IMG/VR virus record: IMGVR_UViG_3300020367_000003
From: an uncultured virus (IMG/VR IMGVR_UViG_3300020367_000003)
Taxonomy: Duplodnaviria; Heunggongvirae; Uroviricota; Caudoviricetes; Kyanoviridae
Length of the DNA stretch: 63,631 bases
Strand: one strand, 5' to 3'
Below the pieces are notes generated by a model. That model searched no databases. It saw nothing but the letters and a program-made list of their open reading frames with translations, and was not told where the DNA came from. Made by a program: the position numbers and the translations under genes. Positions 35,005 to 44,459 of this stretch are shown here, piece by piece; the stretch's first letter is position 1; the number at the start of each line of letters is the position of its first letter.

Positions 35005-36240
35005 TTAACAATATGCTGTGGTATGCACACCATCTCTAAAAATGTCATCCGTTATTCTTTGCATTCTTTTGAGAGTTTTAGTGCCATAACTCTTGTGAGT
35101 AGGAATAATACAATAACCAGTGGATTTGCGATAATTACAAATATCCCCACTATCAATAGTGCCTTCTGCAATATCTTTGGTATCTTGTTTATCCATCCTA
35201 ATAACACGTCCGATGCTTTGTGCCATCTCAACGATGTTAAGATTTCGCAAGAATACTGTATGAGTGAGTCCACTAACGTTGATGCCTTCCGATAGGATGC
35301 TGTAATGAAAGATGATAAACTTTCTTTCTTTCTCTTCACCCCATTGCTTGAGAGTCTCAAAGAATTGAGAGCGATTAACTTTTTTGTTGTTGACATAAGC
35401 ACCAAATTTACTTGTTATGTGTAATAAATCGTATCCTTTATTTCTTAACTCTTTTATCAAATATGTGCGTGATAACATGTTAATTAATACCTTAGATGAT
35501 GGGACACTAACTAACACTTTGCTGCCCTCTAATTCTATACTGTCGATAACATTTTGTATAGTAATTGAATGATGGACATGTGCATTATGTTTAGCATAAT
35601 TTGTATCAACTTCAAATGGAATTATAGTTGGTGGTATTAAACTTCCACCATCAATTAACTCAGGTGCAGGGACGGATTCCAGGATATTTCCCCAGATATG
35701 TTTGTTATTCATCCCTCTATCATGTTTATATGATATTCTAGGTGTTGCTGTAAAGTAATAACAACGCTCTGCATATTGACTACAGTTACTAACACTTTCA
35801 AAGAATGATCTTGCTGTGCCATTGTGACTTTCATCAAAATATATGCAATCTATTGTTATATCAGATTCTACAACTTTCTTCAATGAATGATAAGTTGTGA
35901 ATATAATTGTTTGATGATTGTTATCAACAAACTCTGCAATTTCATTTGATTTAGTAGAACTTGGAAACGAAGTCCTTCCACTATGTGCATGAAATATGTT
36001 TAAATCTTGTGGGACTTGATGATAGAAATCATCACATAATTGCTGTGCTAATAATATACGAGGTGCAACAACTACTGTTACATTATCACTTTCAATTTCA
36101 TTGCATTCTTGTAACATAGCAATGTAATCGTTAATCATAATGTATGTTTTACCACCTCCAGTTGGCACTATTATTTGTCCCTTATCTTCACGTTGCATTA
36201 TATTTAATGCTCGTAATTGATGTGGTCTAAGTGAAATCAA
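35005..36240 (-). CDS. Superfamily 2 DEAD/DEAH-like helicase (type III restriction Res-like)
   Basis: LRPHQ, PTGGGKT, DESH, TAT, LSEGIN, QSIGRVIR motifs. Confidence 0.9.
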   Translation of the reverse strand: MISLRPHQLRALNIMQREDKGQIIVPTGGGKTYIMINDYIAMLQECNEIESDNVTVVVAPRILLAQQLCDDFYHQVPQDLNIFHAHSGRTSFPSSTKSNEIAEFVDNNHQTIIFTTYHSLKKVVESDITIDCIYFDESHNGTARSFFESVSNCSQYAERCYYFTATPRISYKHDRGMNNKHIWGNILESVPAPELIDGGSLIPPTIIPFEVDTNYAKHNAHVHHSITIQNVIDSIELEGSKVLVSVPSSKVLINMLSRTYLIKELRNKGYDLLHITSKFGAYVNNKKVNRSQFFETLKQWGEEKERKFIIFHYSILSEGINVSGLTHTVFLRNLNIVEMAQSIGRVIRMDKQDTKDIAEGTIDSGDICNYRKSTGYCIIPTHKSYGTKTLKRMQRITDDIFRDGVHTTAYC

Positions 36241-36333
36241 GGGATTTAATAATAAATTGAAAGAGATGATTGTATGTTGCTCGGTTGACTAGCACTTAAT
36301 TGTGCATCCGCATAACTTTCATCTCATATTATT

Positions 36334-36392
36334 ATTATACATTAAAAAAGACCCCTGTGTAGGGGTCTTGTGACACTTACTCTACTGGTTGA
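36334..36392 (-). promoter_or_regulatory. Bipartite-motif early promoter overlapping a terminator
   Basis: TCAACCAG-N7-AGTGTCAC-N30-TATAAT. Confidence 0.6.
36344..36369 (-). terminator. Rho-independent terminator
   Basis: AAGACCCCT-acac-AGGGGTCTT followed by a T run on the minus strand, after the stop at 36382. Confidence 0.75.
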
Positions 36393-36639
36393 ATGCCCTA
36401 TCATATGATGATTTGACATACTTAGAGATTTTATCATAAGACCATTTAACATCATCCCATAGTGCTGAAATCTCATAGTTATGGATTTCTAGTCTTAATT
36501 TGATGTCTTTCTTGTAGTCATCAAATTTGAGAAGTGTATCAGGTCTTGCAGGTGGTGTAACTTTAGTCACTTTAGGTCTAGCAGGGGATTTCTTAGTTGT
36601 AGATGCCTTCCTAGTCCTTCTAGTGCGTGTTACTGTCAT
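36382..36639 (-). CDS. Hypothetical protein with basic N-terminus
   Basis: Likely start MTVTRTRR at 36639, downstream of the promoter at 36668. Confidence 0.7.
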   Translation of the reverse strand: MTVTRTRRTRKASTTKKSPARPKVTKVTPPARPDTLLKFDDYKKDIKLRLEIHNYEISALWDDVKWSYDKISKYVKSSYDRAFNQ

Positions 36640-36667
36640 TAAGCAAGAATGCGATTGATACTCGCAT

Positions 36668-36726
36668 ATTATAAGCACATGTGGGCAAGAATGGGCATAG
36701 TATTGGACTCTTTATCAACTGTCACA
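36668..36726 (-). promoter_or_regulatory. Bipartite-motif early promoter
   Basis: TGTGACAG-N7-AGAGTCCA-N30-TATAAT. Confidence 0.65.
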
Positions 36727-37114
36727 CATCATGCTGTCTCTCATTGATTAGTTTAGTTGCATCCTCATTGATGTATGATTCAATAAATGATTTACTTTCT
36801 GCTACTGTATCAAACATACCTATCTTTTCATATGTCCATAATATATTACCATTAAATATCATAGGATTTAATACCTTATCACCTGCTGTCATGTGTCTCT
36901 GCATCCCTTCGGGATTGCCTAGTTGACATTTAATCCTAGCATTTACTCTGTATCCTTCAGTAGTTTCACCAGTATAATATGTATTATCTACTATAGTATA
37001 AGCAGGTAATTGTTTAGATTCAACAGTTATATTATCATCAGTAATATAAATGTCCTCATAATATTTTAATTCATCGTTATCCCTAACTCCATCAGTTATC
37101 ATCAATGATGCCAT
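36722..37114 (-). CDS. Hypothetical protein
   Basis: 130 aa ORF. Confidence 0.65.
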   Translation of the reverse strand: MASLMITDGVRDNDELKYYEDIYITDDNITVESKQLPAYTIVDNTYYTGETTEGYRVNARIKCQLGNPEGMQRHMTAGDKVLNPMIFNGNILWTYEKIGMFDTVAESKSFIESYINEDATKLINERQHDV

Positions 37115-37298
37115 CCTGCATTTCCTCCACTTTATCTAATATTGGGACAACATATATTATATTATCAATTTGTGATAACATATCTGCAATATGTTTTGAT
37201 ATGTAAGGTTTCTCACATCTGGCACTAAATGCCAACGCATTCCTCAAATCCTCGGATGCTGCTTCTAAACTGTCTTTTACTTGTTTACTTAGTGCCAT
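37092..37298 (-). CDS. Conserved cyanophage hypothetical protein
   Basis: MALSKQVKDSL..LRNALAFSARCEKP. Confidence 0.75.
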   Translation of the reverse strand: MALSKQVKDSLEAASEDLRNALAFSARCEKPYISKHIADMLSQIDNIIYVVPILDKVEEMQDGIIDDN

Positions 37299-37300
37299 AA

Positions 37301-37498
37301 TTAATAACCATTAATGTAATCTGCTAGTGCATCGATGTATTCATCGTATGTAGCATATTTATGCTTGAATGCTTCAGGAACTTCTTGCACTTTGATAGGT
37401 GTGTAGCATTCCCTAGTGGTGTAACCTTTTTGGTTAGCATATCTTGTTATAAAATTCTCCATATTACTCTCGAATGTATCTTCTCTTTTCATCTGCAT
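37301..37498 (-). CDS. Hypothetical protein
   Basis: 65 aa ORF. Confidence 0.6.
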   Translation of the reverse strand: MQMKREDTFESNMENFITRYANQKGYTTRECYTPIKVQEVPEAFKHKYATYDEYIDALADYINGY

Positions 37499-37688
37499 AC
37501 CTATAGTCCCATTGTTGCATTAATTTGTATGCTATCTCATCCCAATGATCGATAGTCTCTTCTTCATCATTATATTGGTTATTCTCATTGATAAACTCAA
37601 TAAGTGATGATAACTGATAATCAGTTAATTCCCATTGTTTTGGGGATAATGCCATTGTGACATTTTCTGGTGTGATGATTACTTCCAT
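37464..37688 (-). CDS. Hypothetical protein
   Basis: 74 aa acidic ORF. Confidence 0.6.
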   Translation of the reverse strand: MEVIITPENVTMALSPKQWELTDYQLSSLIEFINENNQYNDEEETIDHWDEIAYKLMQQWDYRYADEKRRYIRE

Positions 37689-37978
37689 TATTCAAAATAA
37701 ATGTTTTGTTGTCTATCGTGTATAAACTCATTTAATATTTCCCAACTATTATCTACATCCTTAACATAATTTGCAAGTATTTCATACAAATACTCATCAT
37801 ACTCATCAATTTCATTTCTGAGTTGGTCTTCAGTTAATGGATTAACTTTCTTTAATTCAGCATCACGAATGTATGCTGCCATCTCTTCAGTAGTCATTTC
37901 ATTAATTTGAAACTCTACAAACTCTTCTTTGAGATCCTGTATCTCATCAGTTGTGAATAATGATTTGGTTAGTGTCAT
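37688..37978 (-). CDS. Hypothetical acidic protein
   Basis: 96 aa ORF. Confidence 0.7.
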   Translation of the reverse strand: MTLTKSLFTTDEIQDLKEEFVEFQINEMTTEEMAAYIRDAELKKVNPLTEDQLRNEIDEYDEYLYEILANYVKDVDNSWEILNEFIHDRQQNIYFE

Positions 37979-38110
37979 TTAATTAGTCCAGTAGTTTTTC
38001 AAAGAATGTTTCGATTTCATTAGGTAGGTCATTTATCATACCATTATCCCTAAGTAAATCATATAATTTAATGAGTTGATATTGCTCATCAAATGTTATT
38101 TCAAATTTAT

Positions 38111-38293
38111 TCATCTGCACAACTCCTCAAATCTTCTTTGTGCATCCTCTGCTATTACTGGCAGGTAACCTAACTCACTATTTTGGTCTAGTGCATCCAG
38201 TTGGTCAAATGTTAGGTTATTTGTTTTTGCGAAATCTACCCATGCTTCCTCGTAGCATGTTTCAAGTAGTGACTCGTGATGTAATGATGACAT
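38111..38293 (-). CDS. Hypothetical protein
   Basis: Likely start MSSLHHE with GGAGGT RBS. Confidence 0.7.
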   Translation of the reverse strand: MSSLHHESLLETCYEEAWVDFAKTNNLTFDQLDALDQNSELGYLPVIAEDAQRRFEELCR

Positions 38294-38294
38294 A

Positions 38295-38711
38295 TTAGTT
38301 ACCTCCATCGATAACTTTATTCCACACATCTGAAAAGTGGTCGTGTGTGGTATCACCATCATCAACAAGTTTCACATCTACATCAAGTGCTGCTGCACTT
38401 GAAAAAACAAGGTTGATTAGGTCGAAATCTGCTTTTGTGAGTGCTTTTGAAGTCATTTGCTCGTTTAATTTCCTTGACTCTTCTATTATAGTCGAAAACT
38501 GACCGTATGGTGACCAAGGTGGACACTTTGGATACTGTCTTTGTATCGCTGCTTCTACTTGTATAAACAAATCCTCTTGAAAATCATTCCATAGTGTCCC
38601 CTTAGGACATAAATTAGCGTCCCCTCTATCCTCATATGGTTTATACATCCTAGCAATGGATAATACTCCCCTTAAATATTTTAATTGGTTTAGGTCGAGA
38701 TTGAGATTCAT
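38295..38711 (-). CDS. Hypothetical protein with possible internal start at 38456
   Basis: 138 aa ORF containing a motif promoter upstream of in-frame MTSKAL. Confidence 0.55.
   Translation of the reverse strand: MNLNLDLNQLKYLRGVLSIARMYKPYEDRGDANLCPKGTLWNDFQEDLFIQVEAAIQRQYPKCPPWSPYGQFSTIIEESRKLNEQMTSKALTKADFDLINLVFSSAAALDVDVKLVDDGDTTHDHFSDVWNKVIDGGN
38485..38542 (-). promoter_or_regulatory. Bipartite-motif early promoter
   Basis: AAAGACAG-N7-AGTGTCCA-N29-TATAAT. Confidence 0.6.
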
Positions 38712-38808
38712 TCTTCATCATCACCATATACTCCTAAATGTGATAATAACACATTTATCCATATAATGCCTATAACTAAAACAATTAATTCAAATATTGG
38801 TGTTGGTA

Positions 38809-39336
38809 TCATAATGTTGGTTTGAATAGTGGATATACTGCTCCTAGTGTTACTCTGTATCCTTCCTTAGGTGCTTCACCTCTGTGCCATATACTACTAT
38901 TGAATATAACTATCCTTCCTTCCTTAAATGGCACTCTCTTATAATCACAATCGTGGTTATCAACTATAACAGTATCACCACTTGTGCCATGTGCCATATA
39001 AATTGCTGTCATATAATCCTGAGAGTCTGCATCATTATGATTGCATCCATTCATATCAGGTAATTGTCCATTTAATAATATACGGTAGCAATTAGTTATT
39101 TCATATTCTTTCAATATATCATTATAGATACATCTATTAAAATATTCATTAAACCAATAAGGTGGATGATCTTTTGGTTTATCTTGCTCTATCATCATAC
39201 ATCCAAAGAATCTTGCTCTATCAAATGTATTATATGGTGAGTTAGTATAGGTTACTGGCATTTGCTCAGTATCCCTACTTACAATATTAACTAACCACTC
39301 TGGGAAATAATCATCTATAACTTTAACGTCATACAT
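38809..39336 (-). CDS. 2OG-Fe(II) oxygenase
   Basis: HND..GRIVIFNSSIWHRG..RVTL. Confidence 0.85.
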   Translation of the reverse strand: MYDVKVIDDYFPEWLVNIVSRDTEQMPVTYTNSPYNTFDRARFFGCMMIEQDKPKDHPPYWFNEYFNRCIYNDILKEYEITNCYRILLNGQLPDMNGCNHNDADSQDYMTAIYMAHGTSGDTVIVDNHDCDYKRVPFKEGRIVIFNSSIWHRGEAPKEGYRVTLGAVYPLFKPTL

Positions 39337-39545
39337 TAATCACTTGCTCGCCATTGTTTATAAGAACTTTCTCGTGCATTCTTTGCCTTAGTAAGAATAT
39401 CTTTCAACTCATTTGTTGCATTTATTCTTTCACTAATTGATTCTCTTAATCCATCCTCATCCAATTCAGTTTCTGAGTATTTCTTAGTTAAATTAATTAG
39501 TTTTTCAAGTGCCTTCGCTGCCTCGTCTCCTTCATTGCCCTTCAT
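39336..39545 (-). CDS. Hypothetical protein
   Basis: 69 aa ORF overlapping its neighbours. Confidence 0.6.
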   Translation of the reverse strand: MKGNEGDEAAKALEKLINLTKKYSETELDEDGLRESISERINATNELKDILTKAKNARESSYKQWRASD

Positions 39546-39795
39546 TTAATAACTCCTTATTAGATGTTTGATTCAATAGATGCTCAACATCTTTCAACAA
39601 ATCTAATCGTTGTTGATGATATGTTATGCTATCACCTAGTGCTGATTTAACACAATTTACAAATTCTCCAGGAGTTACAACTTCGCTCTCTACATAGTCA
39701 ACTACTGCATCTCTTAAATGAGCGATGCATGAATTTACATCTTGTTGATGCATCGCTGCGGGATGCTCTGTTTCTGTTACATTAATTGGTGTCAT
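39532..39795 (-). CDS. Hypothetical protein
   Basis: 87 aa ORF. Confidence 0.65.
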   Translation of the reverse strand: MTPINVTETEHPAAMHQQDVNSCIAHLRDAVVDYVESEVVTPGEFVNCVKSALGDSITYHQQRLDLLKDVEHLLNQTSNKELLNEGQ

Positions 39796-40000
39796 TGTTT
39801 AACTCCTTATAGTCCCAATTATTATCATTTGGATAATCTACCCAAAACATATAATCGGGGTTATCAATAGATGAAAAGAACCATCTGTCTTTTCTTTTAT
39901 GCTCTAATCTTACAATATTCTTACTATTTAAATATTTTAAGTATTTTTCTTTAGCATTATCAGATTTGGGTGATACCCAAACTTTACTACGCAATGTCAT
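39782..40000 (-). CDS. Hypothetical protein
   Basis: 72 aa ORF. Confidence 0.65.
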   Translation of the reverse strand: MTLRSKVWVSPKSDNAKEKYLKYLNSKNIVRLEHKRKDRWFFSSIDNPDYMFWVDYPNDNNWDYKELNNDTN

Positions 40001-40832
40001 TTAATCTTGTTAATAAATTATCTTGCAATGGTTTCATTCTATCTAGACACATTTTATAGTATGTATCATCAATTTCAAATCCAATGAAGTTTCTCTTATT
40101 TTCTAAGGATACTTGTGCTGTTGTGCCACTACCCATGAAAGGATCCAATACTAAATCACCTTCATTTGTCCATGTTTGAATATGACCTAATGCTAACTCC
40201 TCTGGCATTGTTGCAGGATGTTTGTAACTCTCTTTATTTGATTGTCCAAATCCTCCACAATTCTTAATCCTCCAAATATTATTCCTAGCACCAAATTCTT
40301 TGATTGGATTTGTCTTATTCTCTCTAATATCTAATTCACCTGTTTTCTTTCTACTTCTTGCTTTACCCCATGATGTGGATCCTGCCCACTTATTAGGTTT
40401 ATCCATGATAATATTAACTGTCTTAGGTTTACCCTTAGATAGTATAAAGCAATATTCAAATGCTTGAGAATACCTAACACTCTTACTGCCTGATGCAAAA
40501 GCAATGCCTGTTTTCTCATATATCATAGTATCATGTAGTCTTAAACCACATACATCTTTAAAATGTAATGCCTGTCTAAAACTTGTGCCTGTCTCACTAC
40601 CATTTACTGTAGCATCATTCACATTCCACATTATAACACCACCATCTTTTAATACTCTCTCCAGTTGACAAGCAACTGCATAGAATACTTCCATACTCCA
40701 ACTACTAGAGTCGTTGTATGTCCTTAAATCATCATAGGGTGGTGACGTGACGACTAAATCAACTGATTTATCATCAAGTTTCTCCATCCCTGCAATGCAA
40801 TTAATATGGTATGTTTTATTAACTTCTAGCAT
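39987..40832 (-). CDS. DNA N4-cytosine/N6-adenine methyltransferase, beta class
   Basis: VTSPPY before HPA and LDPFMGSGTT. Confidence 0.92.
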   Translation of the reverse strand: MLEVNKTYHINCIAGMEKLDDKSVDLVVTSPPYDDLRTYNDSSSWSMEVFYAVACQLERVLKDGGVIMWNVNDATVNGSETGTSFRQALHFKDVCGLRLHDTMIYEKTGIAFASGSKSVRYSQAFEYCFILSKGKPKTVNIIMDKPNKWAGSTSWGKARSRKKTGELDIRENKTNPIKEFGARNNIWRIKNCGGFGQSNKESYKHPATMPEELALGHIQTWTNEGDLVLDPFMGSGTTAQVSLENKRNFIGFEIDDTYYKMCLDRMKPLQDNLLTRLNDIA

Positions 40833-40855
40833 TCAACATTAATAGAGGATACCCT

Positions 40856-40884
40856 ATTATACTGGCATCCTCGGATATTGTCAA
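40856..40884 (-). promoter_or_regulatory. Consensus sigma70 promoter upstream of the methyltransferase
   Basis: TTGACA (40884-79), 17 nt spacer, TATAAT (40861-56). Confidence 0.85.
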
Positions 40885-40889
40885 GAGAT

Positions 40890-41546
40890 TTATAAATCTC
40901 TCATCTTCTCAAATCCTGAGAAGTTTAAACTTTTAACTTCATTATCAACAGGTAATATTTGTTGAGTAGGTAATGGTAAGAAATGTAATTTCTTTGTTGC
41001 AGGTCTTACTATACCTATTTGAGATAATATACAATTCTCTTCACCCACTAATAATTCAAGTGTTGAGAAACTATCCTTACGTCCTGATGATGACTTCCAT
41101 ACATTTGACTCTGTTAAGTTAGTATCGATAACAACCATACCAAATGAATCAATTTGATTATCATTAAATGTATATTTAATTGTCCATACTATGTTAGTCT
41201 TTGCACCACCAAAGTGTGATGTCTTATTACCAGTAGCAAATGATGCCTTACTGTCTCCACCCATTAATTTAAATTCAACTGGTGTATCACCAAAGACATA
41301 ATCATATCCTGATACCTCTTCACGTCTAGCATCAATACCTAGATTCTTGATTGTATCTTCAATGGCATCATTCACAATATATTGGAAAAACTTTGTGAAG
41401 TCTGCTGTATTCATTGTATTCTTGTAGTCTTGTAAACTACGTCCATATATCCTAAAGTCGGTGATATACTCATTTAAATCCTTGATAGCACATAATGTTA
41501 CTGTCTCAAGGTCGGATATTAAATCTGTTTTAAAAGTCTTTGTCAT
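40890..41546 (-). CDS. Putative PD-(D/E)xK restriction endonuclease-like protein
   Basis: GYDYVFGDTPVEFK motif; flanked by two methyltransferases. Confidence 0.5.
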   Translation of the reverse strand: MTKTFKTDLISDLETVTLCAIKDLNEYITDFRIYGRSLQDYKNTMNTADFTKFFQYIVNDAIEDTIKNLGIDARREEVSGYDYVFGDTPVEFKLMGGDSKASFATGNKTSHFGGAKTNIVWTIKYTFNDNQIDSFGMVVIDTNLTESNVWKSSSGRKDSFSTLELLVGEENCILSQIGIVRPATKKLHFLPLPTQQILPVDNEVKSLNFSGFEKMRDL

Positions 41547-41619
41547 TTTATGAATAGTATTTGTTTGACATACTTAATATAACATATATTTACGCCACGT
41601 CTTTTATTTGTAACATTCC

Positions 41620-42414
41620 TTAATACTCTTGTAAATCACATCCGATGTATCTACGTCCAAATCCCTTGGCAACTGTCCCTGTAGTACCACTACCCATAAA
41701 TGGGTCAAGTATAATATCATTCTCTTCACTACCTGCCAATATACAAGGTGTTATTAATTCCTCAGGATATGCTGCGTGATGTCCAGTTGCTCTATTAGGT
41801 TTAACCTTCACATCCCATACTGTTTTCTTTCTCTTTAATTGTTTACCATCAACAGTTGGCACTTTAATACTATCCACATCAAAATAATAATTCTGATTCT
41901 TTGATAATAAAAAGATATACTCATGTGATTTAGTGCATCTATCTCTTACACTCTCAGGCATAGGGTTAGGTTTATTCCATATTATATCCTGTCTTAGATA
42001 CCATCCATCCTGACGTAATGCGAATGCTAACATCCAAGGTATGCCAATTAAATCTTTCTCTTTATATCCTTGTAATTTATTACCACGTCTAGGATTTATT
42101 TGTGGTAGATCTTGGTCACCACCAAATGATTGATTAGGTAATGCCTGACCTTTACCACCTCGATAGTTATAATAACTATCACCTATATTAACCCATAATG
42201 TCCCATCCTCAGTTAATATATCTCTCACTAATCGAAATACTTTAACTAACTCATCAACATAATCCTCAGGTGATTGCTCTAAACCTATTTGATTATCTGC
42301 ACCTTTATAATTTCGCAATCCATAATAAGGTGGGGATGTAACACACATCCTACACTTATGATTTATTGTTGGTAATGTATATCTACAATCACCATATAAT
42401 ACTGTGTCAATCAT
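41620..42414 (-). CDS. DNA N4-cytosine/N6-adenine methyltransferase, beta class
   Basis: VTSPPYYGLR, GIPWMLAFALRQDGWYLRQDIIWNKPNPMPESVRDR, LDPFMGSGTT. Confidence 0.92.
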   Translation of the reverse strand: MIDTVLYGDCRYTLPTINHKCRMCVTSPPYYGLRNYKGADNQIGLEQSPEDYVDELVKVFRLVRDILTEDGTLWVNIGDSYYNYRGGKGQALPNQSFGGDQDLPQINPRRGNKLQGYKEKDLIGIPWMLAFALRQDGWYLRQDIIWNKPNPMPESVRDRCTKSHEYIFLLSKNQNYYFDVDSIKVPTVDGKQLKRKKTVWDVKVKPNRATGHHAAYPEELITPCILAGSEENDIILDPFMGSGTTGTVAKGFGRRYIGCDLQEY

Positions 42415-42574
42415 TCCAATGTCTAATTACACCACTAACAATAAAACAATTAGTGACGAGATAAGTAAGAAAGATAAGAGATCGAATAATGAGTACAATA
42501 TTATCATACCTCTTCGTTGTTTCATCGCTAAAACTCCCTAAACTATACTTCCAGACTCTCCACCACTTTCTCAT
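42407..42574 (-). CDS. Small membrane protein, 55 aa
   Basis: MRKWWRVWKYSLGSFSD..IRSLIFLTYLVTNCFIVSGVIRHW. Confidence 0.65.
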   Translation of the reverse strand: MRKWWRVWKYSLGSFSDETTKRYDNIVLIIRSLIFLTYLVTNCFIVSGVIRHWND

Positions 42575-42612
42575 TCTTTAATTCAAATATATTATATTAT
42601 ATCATATATTTT

Positions 42613-42951
42613 TTATTTGTCCATACCTGTAATATCAGTTGGCAAATCTTCATTTCCAGGATGTTCTCTGATATAACCTTTATAATTCTTATGGTTATAA
42701 AAATGCTCATCCTCAATATAGATATCATCCCAATCTTGGGGATATACTAATACATTTGTCTCTTTATACCCATGCATACTATTAGGGTCATCATGTCTAT
42801 TACAACTAACAGTTATATATTGGTCAGATATAAAATTAATTGTCCCTTCTTCACCATCTTTCAACTTAACCTTCATGCCCTTCTTTAGGGACTTAAGAAT
42901 GTTTCTAATTTCCAAAGGAATTGCCTCTGCTAATAATAGTGGAATTGTCAT
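42613..42951 (-). CDS. Hypothetical protein, SH3-like
   Basis: LKKGMKVKLKDGEEGTINFI. Confidence 0.65.
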   Translation of the reverse strand: MTIPLLLAEAIPLEIRNILKSLKKGMKVKLKDGEEGTINFISDQYITVSCNRHDDPNSMHGYKETNVLVYPQDWDDIYIEDEHFYNHKNYKGYIREHPGNEDLPTDITGMDK

Positions 42952-43586
42952 AACGTTAATGAGTTATCATCGTATCCAAATTGACCTTTCATAAAATAAT
43001 TAAATGCCATTGAATATCTCTGCTCATTGCTTTCATTAACACTAACACTATGTGCTAAGTGTGATGGAAATATTATTATCATACCTACCTCAGGCATAAT
43101 ATTAATCTCTCTCATATTATATACATTAGATCTAACTATGTCAGGTAATACTGTTTGTGTTACATATGTAGGAATAATTGCAGGACAATGAAATCTTAAC
43201 TCACCACTATTCTCTGGTATTTTAAAATACATAACACCACTAAACATACTATTTGTATGTGTGTGACCTTGTGCAACATCACCATTCTCATGCATATTAA
43301 CCCAACTACATGTATGGATTAATTGATGTCTTTGTCTTCCAATTCCTAACTCATTAAATACATAATTATCTAAATGCTCTTCAACAATATTTCTAATCTC
43401 TGGATGAGATTGTAACCATTGTCTATCAACTGACATACTACCATTATTTCTATAGGTAGGATCGTGATGAAAACTATCATCATTTGTTGGTGAATTAACT
43501 ACCTCAGATATTAAATAGTCATCCAATTCTACGGTGTTAACATATATTGGTTGACTAAATGCAGGTATTATTTCTGGTTGATTCAT
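42948..43586 (-). CDS. Putative 2OG-Fe(II) oxygenase (TIGR02466-like)
   Basis: SWVN..HTHTNSMFSGVMY..IIFPSHLAHSV..RYSMAFN. Confidence 0.88.
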   Translation of the reverse strand: MNQPEIIPAFSQPIYVNTVELDDYLISEVVNSPTNDDSFHHDPTYRNNGSMSVDRQWLQSHPEIRNIVEEHLDNYVFNELGIGRQRHQLIHTCSWVNMHENGDVAQGHTHTNSMFSGVMYFKIPENSGELRFHCPAIIPTYVTQTVLPDIVRSNVYNMREINIMPEVGMIIIFPSHLAHSVSVNESNEQRYSMAFNYFMKGQFGYDDNSLTL

Positions 43587-43759
43587 CTTAGATGTAATTT
43601 ATCATATATGGACTCAATTTCACTACGTTGTTCTTTAGTTAATTTGCCATATTTCTTATATAATTGACCCTGATAAATGAAAAGTGCCTTCCTTAATGTT
43701 TTCATTTCAGATGGAATTAATAATTGTCTGAAACATCTAGGGTCAGATTCCTGCGTCAT
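43583..43759 (-). CDS. Hypothetical protein, 58 aa
   Basis: MTQESDPRCFRQLL..; overlaps both neighbours. Confidence 0.55.
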   Translation of the reverse strand: MTQESDPRCFRQLLIPSEMKTLRKALFIYQGQLYKKYGKLTKEQRSEIESIYDKLHLR

Positions 43760-44459
43760 TGTTCTCCCATAATTGTTTTGTTACCTTAGGACTAAATCCC
43801 ATCACACCCATATCAAATACTGGTGGATGATTCTCCATGTCATATTTATCAAATAACTTCTGTCTTACATCTGGATCCATAAATTTGAATGCCATAATGT
43901 ATCTGTTATAAAGATAATGTGCTGACGGTGCACAACCTAAATGTGGTAGTCTACCATCAAATAATACTACTCTACCTGGTTTAAATGATACTATTCTCTT
44001 TGCTTCAAGATTATGATCAAAGAACATAGTCTCACCACCCCAATTCCAATTCCACTCTGGATTTAAATAAACTAATACAGTTTTATTACTATCCACATGA
44101 TAAGGTGCATCAACATGTACAGCAGGTGAGTTACCATACTTTAAGACATTAATATATGCACTATAAAGATGAGCACGAGGGGGCAAATCTGGGCATTTTG
44201 CTTCCAAATATCCTAACACATCTAGGTAGATAGGATTGTTACTTGCTTCTAGTCCTGCATTCTCATAGTACTCTGGATCATTTACTGGACAAAAATTATA
44301 TAATTGATGTGTCCAATAACTATGACGCATGTCTACATCAGGTTGATTCTCACATGGTGGTGTATCAGTCCTGATCATCTTGTACGGTAGATATGTTATC
44401 TCATATAATAACTTATCTGATATTAATTTAGTATCATATACTGATATTAATTTACTCAT
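43743..44459 (-). CDS. 2OG-Fe(II) oxygenase (prolyl hydroxylase-like)
   Basis: HVD..VYLNPEWNWNWGGET..PGRVVLFDGRLPH..R. Confidence 0.88.
   Translation of the reverse strand: MSKLISVYDTKLISDKLLYEITYLPYKMIRTDTPPCENQPDVDMRHSYWTHQLYNFCPVNDPEYYENAGLEASNNPIYLDVLGYLEAKCPDLPPRAHLYSAYINVLKYGNSPAVHVDAPYHVDSNKTVLVYLNPEWNWNWGGETMFFDHNLEAKRIVSFKPGRVVLFDGRLPHLGCAPSAHYLYNRYIMAFKFMDPDVRQKLFDKYDMENHPPVFDMGVMGFSPKVTKQLWENNDAGI

Noticed and set aside
34854..35048. 64-aa minus-strand ORF
   Set aside because: It overlaps a promoter and structured leader and is probably non-coding
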